Source: Alphaproteobacteria bacterium (GTDB lineage: Bacteria; Pseudomonadota; Alphaproteobacteria; RF32; CAG-239). Taken from it: a stretch of 62,734 bases of DNA. The number at the start of each line of letters is the position of its first letter. Position 1 is the first letter of the stretch. Below the pieces are notes generated by a model. The model did no database searches, had not been told where the DNA came from, and worked only from the letters and a program-made list of their open reading frames with translations. Location of the stretch: the NCBI GenBank assembly GCA_017470585.1, contig JAFUYI010000002.1:1-62734 (forward strand). Direction: 5' to 3'. The position numbers and the translations under genes are program-made. Shown in pieces: positions 57,073 to 62,734 of the stretch.

Positions 57073-59787
57073 ATGGACGCAAAACAAGCCGCCGCCAAAG
57101 TGACTTCCGGCAACTATACCGCAGAGGATTTTGCGGTATTATATGCCGCGTTGAAAGGCAAGGCCGAATATGCCGATGCTTTCCGTGCTTTGCGCACGAG
57201 AATGCTGAAAGAATATGCCAAAGGGCAGACTTTGGAAGTAAGCCAAGCTCGCCCGCAGAAAACAAATCAGCGGCAAGCAGAGCCCGCCGCACAGCCGCGT
57301 GTCCAGGAGAAAAAGGATATTGTGGTTGATGAGGCACCGCGCACTGCAAGAGTTGATGAAAATCAACTGCATAACAATGTTGAGCAGTGGAAAATCAAAC
57401 GCCGCCAAGATATTATGCAGTGGGTTGCCAAGAATCAATCGCACGAAATCAAGGAAATCAAAGCTGTTGAAAGCGGTTTGAATGCCGAGTTCAAAGACGG
57501 AACAACTTTGAACTTCGTGAAAGAAGATCATGTTTCGGTCAAAACTCCGAAACAGCCGGAACCCAAGAACTTTGATGTTATCGTTGCGTTAGCCAAACAG
57601 GAAAACCGCAAGGTTAAACTCGGCGAAAATATGAGTGAGGAATTTCGTGCGGCTTTGATTGAAGCCTGCGCCAAGGCCGATGTTCAAATCAGCAATCTGA
57701 CTTTGGAAGATTTGGATAAATATATGAGTTTTGTCGCCGAAAAACAGCCTCAAGCTCCGCAGCAAACCGAAGAACACAGCCTAAATGCTGCCGTCAATAC
57801 CGGACACACTTTGAAAGCGTTGAGTGCCGAACAGTTGAAGAGATTGCAGGATAACGGTTTTGATGTGAACGAAACATCCGTTGTTGATGATCAGCAGTGG
57901 AATGCAATGCAGACCGTTTTGTCCTCGCAGTCCCAAGAAAGAAAAGATAACGGAGTGGGCGAAGTTGTTAGTGCTGTTGCCGCCCATGCTGCCTCCCGTG
58001 AAGCTCAAGCCGCAGAACAAAAAGTTGATACTCCGGCACAGGAGAGCGTTGTTGCCGCTGTCACCCAAGAACAGGAAAGCGTTGATACTCCCGCTCAAGT
58101 TGCAGAGCCTGCTTCTTCGGTTGCCGAACCTGCACCGCAAGTTCAGGAACCCGCACAGCAGACCGCCGGCGAAGCCAGAGTTCAAGAGGTAAAACAAAAA
58201 GTTGATACTTCTGCTCAAGATACTTCGGCACAAGATACTCCTGCTGATGTTCAAACTCCGGTTAATGAAGGCGCGGGAGAGGCACAGCCTATTCCTCCGT
58301 CATATTTCGGATCTGCGGATTTTAATGATGTTCTCTTGGAAGATGAGGATCCCAACAAGGAAGATGCCGCACGGCAGACCGCAAAAGAAGAAAAGCAAGA
58401 TACTGCCCAAGGCAAGGATAGCGGTGTTATTGTAATTCCCGCTATGCAGGGCGGAGAGGCCGATCCTCAAGAACAGGCTGCCGCAGATGCTGCCCGCAAA
58501 CAGGAGGAAGATGCCGCAAGCCAAGCCAAAGATAATAAAAAGGATAAGAAAAAAGGCTCTATTTTGTCGCGAATCGGTAATTGGTTCGGCAAGATGGGCA
58601 AAAAAACCAAAAAAGTTCTTGTCGGCGCGGGTTTGGTTTTAGTGGCATTTGTTGCCGGACGTTCCTGCATGGGGTGCCACAATACCGGCAATCCCGGCGA
58701 TGATAAAAAAGATCCGCGCAAAAACATTGAATTGGTAACCGATACTTTGGCAACGGACAGCATTGCCGATCGTCCTGATACTCTTGATTTAGGGCGCGAT
58801 GTTGTTATTGCTCCGCGTGTATGGGATGAGAGTATGACAATTACCAAGGCGCAGTTTGATAATATGTATAATATTGTCGGCAAGCATGACAAAGATCATG
58901 TTATGTGGGACAGAATGTATATGAACTCGAAGGAATTGGCTCCCAAGTTCGGTTATACATGGGATGAGTTGATGTTCAAGACCATGAGAATGGCGGCTTG
59001 GACAAACGCTTTGAACGGCAAAGCCTGCGATACTCATAACGCTAAATGGGCTTATACCTATAGCGGTGCTTTCGGACACATTGTCGGTCCCACAATGGAA
59101 GTTATTAAATGCGGCGGTGAACTTGATGCCTCGCTTTTGGCAAAAGCCAAGAAGACTCTTGATGCAGTCGGCAAAGACGGACGAATCAATGTTGTGGCTT
59201 TGGATGCGGTTGTTCCCGGAACATCGAGATACAATGACCATGATGCACAAGGCTGGATTATCGGTCATAACCGCAATGTTATGATTGATATGAACGAAGA
59301 TTGCGGACGCAATGCCCAAGTCGGATTCCGTATCGGCGGTAAACTTCCGGAAAAAGTGGTGCAGAAAGTGGTTGAGGAAGAAGTTGACACCGTTCCTTCG
59401 CCGGTTATTCATAGAATTGAGAAAATAGAAATTCCTCCGCTACAGCCGATTCAACCTGTTACTCCGGATTTGCAGATACCGAATATTCATGTTGATATTC
59501 CGCAGCCTGCTCCTCAAGCCAATGTTGCCGTCGGTGCGACCGCTAACCTGACCTCAACTCCCGGAGCTCAAGGTGTTAAGAAAGGACAAGAGGTTTTGGC
59601 TAACGGAAGTGATAGAGGCTTGACCAAACGTCAAAGAAAAGTATTGCTTCGCCAAGCAAAAGACCTTTATGAAGCCGACAAGCTAACCAAAGAAGAGTAT
59701 CAACAGACTGTCAGGGAAATAAACGGGACTAAAGGTAATCAGGTTGCGCCAGCAACTGCCTCCCGCGGCAATTCCTATGGCGGCTAA
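57073..59787 (+). CDS. Large single-pass membrane protein with Q/A/P/E-rich linker
   Basis: AGGAG RBS, 904 aa, one TM (VLVGAGLVLVAFVAG), VDTPAQ repeats, terminator downstream. Confidence 0.78.
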   Translation: MDAKQAAAKVTSGNYTAEDFAVLYAALKGKAEYADAFRALRTRMLKEYAKGQTLEVSQARPQKTNQRQAEPAAQPRVQEKKDIVVDEAPRTARVDENQLHNNVEQWKIKRRQDIMQWVAKNQSHEIKEIKAVESGLNAEFKDGTTLNFVKEDHVSVKTPKQPEPKNFDVIVALAKQENRKVKLGENMSEEFRAALIEACAKADVQISNLTLEDLDKYMSFVAEKQPQAPQQTEEHSLNAAVNTGHTLKALSAEQLKRLQDNGFDVNETSVVDDQQWNAMQTVLSSQSQERKDNGVGEVVSAVAAHAASREAQAAEQKVDTPAQESVVAAVTQEQESVDTPAQVAEPASSVAEPAPQVQEPAQQTAGEARVQEVKQKVDTSAQDTSAQDTPADVQTPVNEGAGEAQPIPPSYFGSADFNDVLLEDEDPNKEDAARQTAKEEKQDTAQGKDSGVIVIPAMQGGEADPQEQAAADAARKQEEDAASQAKDNKKDKKKGSILSRIGNWFGKMGKKTKKVLVGAGLVLVAFVAGRSCMGCHNTGNPGDDKKDPRKNIELVTDTLATDSIADRPDTLDLGRDVVIAPRVWDESMTITKAQFDNMYNIVGKHDKDHVMWDRMYMNSKELAPKFGYTWDELMFKTMRMAAWTNALNGKACDTHNAKWAYTYSGAFGHIVGPTMEVIKCGGELDASLLAKAKKTLDAVGKDGRINVVALDAVVPGTSRYNDHDAQGWIIGHNRNVMIDMNEDCGRNAQVGFRIGGKLPEKVVQKVVEEEVDTVPSPVIHRIEKIEIPPLQPIQPVTPDLQIPNIHVDIPQPAPQANVAVGATANLTSTPGAQGVKKGQEVLANGSDRGLTKRQRKVLLRQAKDLYEADKLTKEEYQQTVREINGTKGNQVAPATASRGNSYGG

Positions 59788-59867
59788 ATAAATAAAAAAA
59801 CAAACCCGATCGCAAGACCGGGTTTGTTTTTTACGGTGAGTTTATTTCGGTGAGATAGAAGGTCTTT

Positions 59868-60437
59868 TTAACTCGGAGTGTAAGTGATAGTCAATGATGC
59901 TGTTCTGGTTGCGGGAATAATGTCGGATACAGTGTCCAGATAGCAATGAGAAAGAAACACTTTAAAGAGATTTCCTTCCCCGCTGTATTTTATGTAAGAA
60001 TGGCACCATTTTTCACCACCACTTCCGAAAGGATATACAGCACTACGATAACCTCCAAAAACTTCCAACCCTCCGCAAGAATTGGTTGCCGTATTGCAAG
60101 CTTCGGGATTTGCAATATTAGCGGTAAAAAAGCCGACCGATTGATTATCAGCTCTGATGATCGCTCCTTGATTGTTGTAACCTATTATTCCCGAATCAGT
60201 ATATCCCCAAGTTGTAGGGTCTCCGCTATATATCGGATTGATATAGATTGTGCCTAAATTTATATCACCTTTTACATCCAAATTGGCATCCGCGCTTGCG
60301 GCTCTGAAATTGCCTAAAGTTATTTCGTGGTCGATGGTGGTGGATATTGCAAAGTTTTCGGAAACAGCTGCAGCATTATAGGCAGTATAAGATAAGCCTA
60401 ATAATAAAAGAGTTAAAAAAGTTTTGTTTGTTGTCAT
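59868..60437 (-). CDS. Secreted pilin-like protein, copy 13 (type B)
   Basis: AVSENFAISTTIDHEITLG, FTANIANPEACN..NSCGGL, LTITYTPS. Confidence 0.7.
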   Translation of the reverse strand: MTTNKTFLTLLLLGLSYTAYNAAAVSENFAISTTIDHEITLGNFRAASADANLDVKGDINLGTIYINPIYSGDPTTWGYTDSGIIGYNNQGAIIRADNQSVGFFTANIANPEACNTATNSCGGLEVFGGYRSAVYPFGSGGEKWCHSYIKYSGEGNLFKVFLSHCYLDTVSDIIPATRTASLTITYTPS

Positions 60438-60707
60438 CTAAACTTCCTTTTATGGTTTCTTTATTTGCACTAAAAAAAGAAAACCACCTTTTGGGCATTC
60501 AAACCCGCGAGGTGGCTGGAAGTTTCCAACTGACTAGTAGATCAGTGTGAAGTATTTGGATTATGCCTTATTCCTCCACCTTCCAGCCATAATAGCAGGA
60601 AAAATTTTACGTTTTTCTAAAAACGCTACTAGAGAGGTTGGAACACCTCAAAACAAGATTTTCCTTGTTTCGATTTTTAACCTAACATAAAAAATTGCGC
60701 TTGTAAA
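60438..60707 (-). ncRNA. Promoter plus structured leader, copy 13
   Basis: TTTACA-N17-TAGGTT; TTCCAAC/GTTGGAA and CTAGTAG/CTACTAG. Confidence 0.85.
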
Positions 60708-60808
60708 GAAAAATTTTGATTTTTTGCTCTCTTGTTTGCGATGATGCAGAAAAATAAAACTAAAAAATAAAAAAAACTCGCAACCGGAAACGGCGGCGAG
60801 TTTTTTAA

Positions 60809-61363
60809 TTAGTCTTTTCGAGGTTTGTAGGCAAGTTCATAAACTCTCTTTGCCGCATTTAAACGAGGATCCGTTTTAATGATAGTTTCGACTTCAGGAA
60901 GCAGTTTATAACGCCGGGCGTAACCAAAAGGCAAATTGCAGAAATTATTCAATCCATGGTTGTTGACACTGAAGATCATTTGCTGAAATGCTTTATCCTG
61001 CTCGGGGTTAATGCCCAGTTCGGCAATATTATTCCAAAATGTCCTTTCCAAATATCCGTAGCTGTTGATATAAGCCAGACAGTCACCATCGTGCATAAGC
61101 TGTGGCGTAGCTTCTTTGAACCACGCATCCATTGCATTGACCTTGCGTTTGTCGGGGTTATAAACATTAACCTTTTTCAACTTCTGCAACAGCAGATTGA
61201 AAGAAAGATTATCATAACAATACTCACGGAGCTTTAAGTTCCTTACTTTCGGAGGAGGAGTTTCAAGGTGCATTGTTTTTTTGCCATGACCTGCCAGATA
61301 AAGTACGACTGTGATAAACAACAGTAAACAGCAGATAATTGCCAATAAATAATAATTTTCCAT
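60809..61363 (-). CDS. Hypothetical membrane-anchored protein
   Basis: N-terminal TM, 184 aa, terminator hairpin downstream. Confidence 0.62.
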   Translation of the reverse strand: MENYYLLAIICCLLLFITVVLYLAGHGKKTMHLETPPPKVRNLKLREYCYDNLSFNLLLQKLKKVNVYNPDKRKVNAMDAWFKEATPQLMHDGDCLAYINSYGYLERTFWNNIAELGINPEQDKAFQQMIFSVNNHGLNNFCNLPFGYARRYKLLPEVETIIKTDPRLNAAKRVYELAYKPRKD

Positions 61364-61519
61364 ACGCTTGTTATTTTAGTTAATAATACATTGATAAAAT
61401 TATAAGTTTCTATCCGCCTTTTAGCAGAGAAAACGGAAGATGTCAAGCAGCAGAGTTTTGCATTTTTACATTTTTACTCTTTTCCGCTTTCCCCGTCCCC
61501 CTTGTTTTTTGCAGTCCCT

Positions 61520-61815
61520 TTCTCGTCACCCCTCGCACGGAACATCGTTCCGCGCGTCATGGGGTCTCATGACATCAAGTCCCCAGCTTGTCTTGCTGAA
61601 CTTGTTTCAGCATCTATTTTAAAGGTCCTGAAACGAGTTCAGGACGACAATTGGGATTATTCAGAACGACAATTGGGGGAGTTCAGCCTTTCTCCTATGT
61701 CACGCCGCTCATTTCTTCGGCGTTCTTCCCCTACTATGTCACGCCGCACTTGATGCGGCGTCCAGGTTAAAAAATAAGCCGATTTTAGACCTGATGCCAA
61801 AGTCAAGCCTGACAA
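61520..61815. repeat. REP/RPE-like palindrome cluster
   Basis: GCTGAACTTGTTTCAGC, GTCCTGAAACGAGTTCAGGAC, GTCACGCCGCACTTGATGCGGCGTCCAGG. Confidence 0.8.
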
Positions 61816-61872
61816 TGAAGTTTAAGTATGTGAGTAGAGAGCAGGGAATAATAAAAACTTTTAAATTTCTTC

Positions 61873-62136
61873 TTTACATTACTGATTTTTTATGTTAGGG
61901 TAATTTCGAAGTGAATGAAAAGTCACTTTGAGGTCTGATAGCCTCGTAAGTACCGTTTGTATCAAGACGTAGTTTGATATGTCCGACTTTTATGGTTGGA
62001 AGGTAAGGAAATAAGATTTATCAAATACCTTACACTATTGTACTTAATAGTTATCAGCTTCCAACCACCTCGTCTGCTTGTCGGGGTGGTTTCTTTTATT
62101 AAAGTTATAAAGAAACTAAAAAAAGGAAGTTTGAAT
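61873..62136 (+). ncRNA. Promoter plus structured leader, copy 14
   Basis: TTTACA-N17-TAGGGT; CTGATAGC/GTTATCAG (G-U), TAAGTAC/GTACTTA, TGGTTGGAAG/CTTCCAACCA; terminator. Confidence 0.86.
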
Positions 62137-62649
62137 ATGAACAAATATATTTTAATGCTCGGTGTTGCAGGCGTTGTTTTGGGTAGTTATGCCGCCTATG
62201 CCGGAAACTCCGCCACAATGACCGTTACTGCAACGATTGCTCACGATGTGAGTTTAAATGTAACAAGAAATATCAGCTGGACTATGACCATTGATCCAAG
62301 TCAAACTTATGGCGATATTGACTGGATAGGAGAGAATGATGGTTGCGAAGTTGAAAACAACGGTGATGGTATTATTTCCGCTTCTATGACGGCGGGACGA
62401 TTCACTGCTAATATTCCTAATCCTGCCAACTATAGAAATGTGCTGTCATTTGAGGAAAGCTATGCTTGGAATGATTTAGTTATCAATAGCAATGAATATG
62501 GCAATAAATTTGTTATTCAACTGGTAATTGACCATGTAAGCGGTTACGAATTTGCAGTGGCGGGACTTCTACATTATGATGGTGTTGTTCCTGCTCCTAA
62601 AGTTTATGACTTCGGCAGTGTAACTATCCAATACACTCCAGAATCATAA
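62137..62649 (+). CDS. Secreted pilin-like protein, copy 14
   Basis: MNKYILMLGVAGV, SATMTVTATIAHDVSL; start trimmed to 62137. Confidence 0.72.
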   Translation: MNKYILMLGVAGVVLGSYAAYAGNSATMTVTATIAHDVSLNVTRNISWTMTIDPSQTYGDIDWIGENDGCEVENNGDGIISASMTAGRFTANIPNPANYRNVLSFEESYAWNDLVINSNEYGNKFVIQLVIDHVSGYEFAVAGLLHYDGVVPAPKVYDFGSVTIQYTPES

Positions 62650-62734
62650 TTAAAATCAGCAAAAACCCTGCGGAATTTTAATCCGATTCCGCAGGGTGTG
62701 AATACGAAGCCTAAATTTCAGGAGATGCCTTGAC

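Noticed and set aside
7264-62649. Diversity-generating retroelement or integron explaining the paralogs
   Set aside because: No reverse transcriptase or integron integrase in the window, no template/variable repeat pair with adenine-specific changes, no attC-like sites; cassettes are dispersed and carry their own promoters.

Overview
Low-GC chromosomal segment, most likely from an anaerobic, fermentative alphaproteobacterium. The inference rests on lpxA-lpxI-lpxB, mlaEF-radA-cvpA, nlpD-yajC-secDF, mnmE, pta-ackA, nrdDG, fprA and the hydE/hydF maturases. It also carries tRNA-Pro(UGG) and tRNA-Met(CAU). The dominant unusual feature is a dispersed cassette family, about one copy per 4 kb. Each cassette has an extended -10 sigma70 promoter, a ~210-nt structured 5' leader and a small secreted DUF4402/Csu-pilin-like gene, usually followed by a terminator hairpin. 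There are 15 complete leaders plus one partial, 14 pilin-like genes, one 3' gene fragment and one unrelated lipoprotein under the same leader. The leader keeps the same predicted fold in every copy: two pseudoknot-type pairings whose ~7-nt sequences differ between copies but always stay complementary, and an antiterminator helix overlapping an intrinsic terminator. One copy has almost fully diverged in sequence yet retains every helix. I do not recognise it as a known riboswitch; it is the best candidate for a new system. Other accessory features: two genes bracketed by direct repeats, a HEPN-MNT pair, a lone CI-like/DUF6362-like switch, REP/RPE-like palindrome clusters, a tRNA-Pro 3'-end duplication, a Cys-rich repeat protein and a split NrdD. 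All calls are by eye; no searches or folding programs were run.
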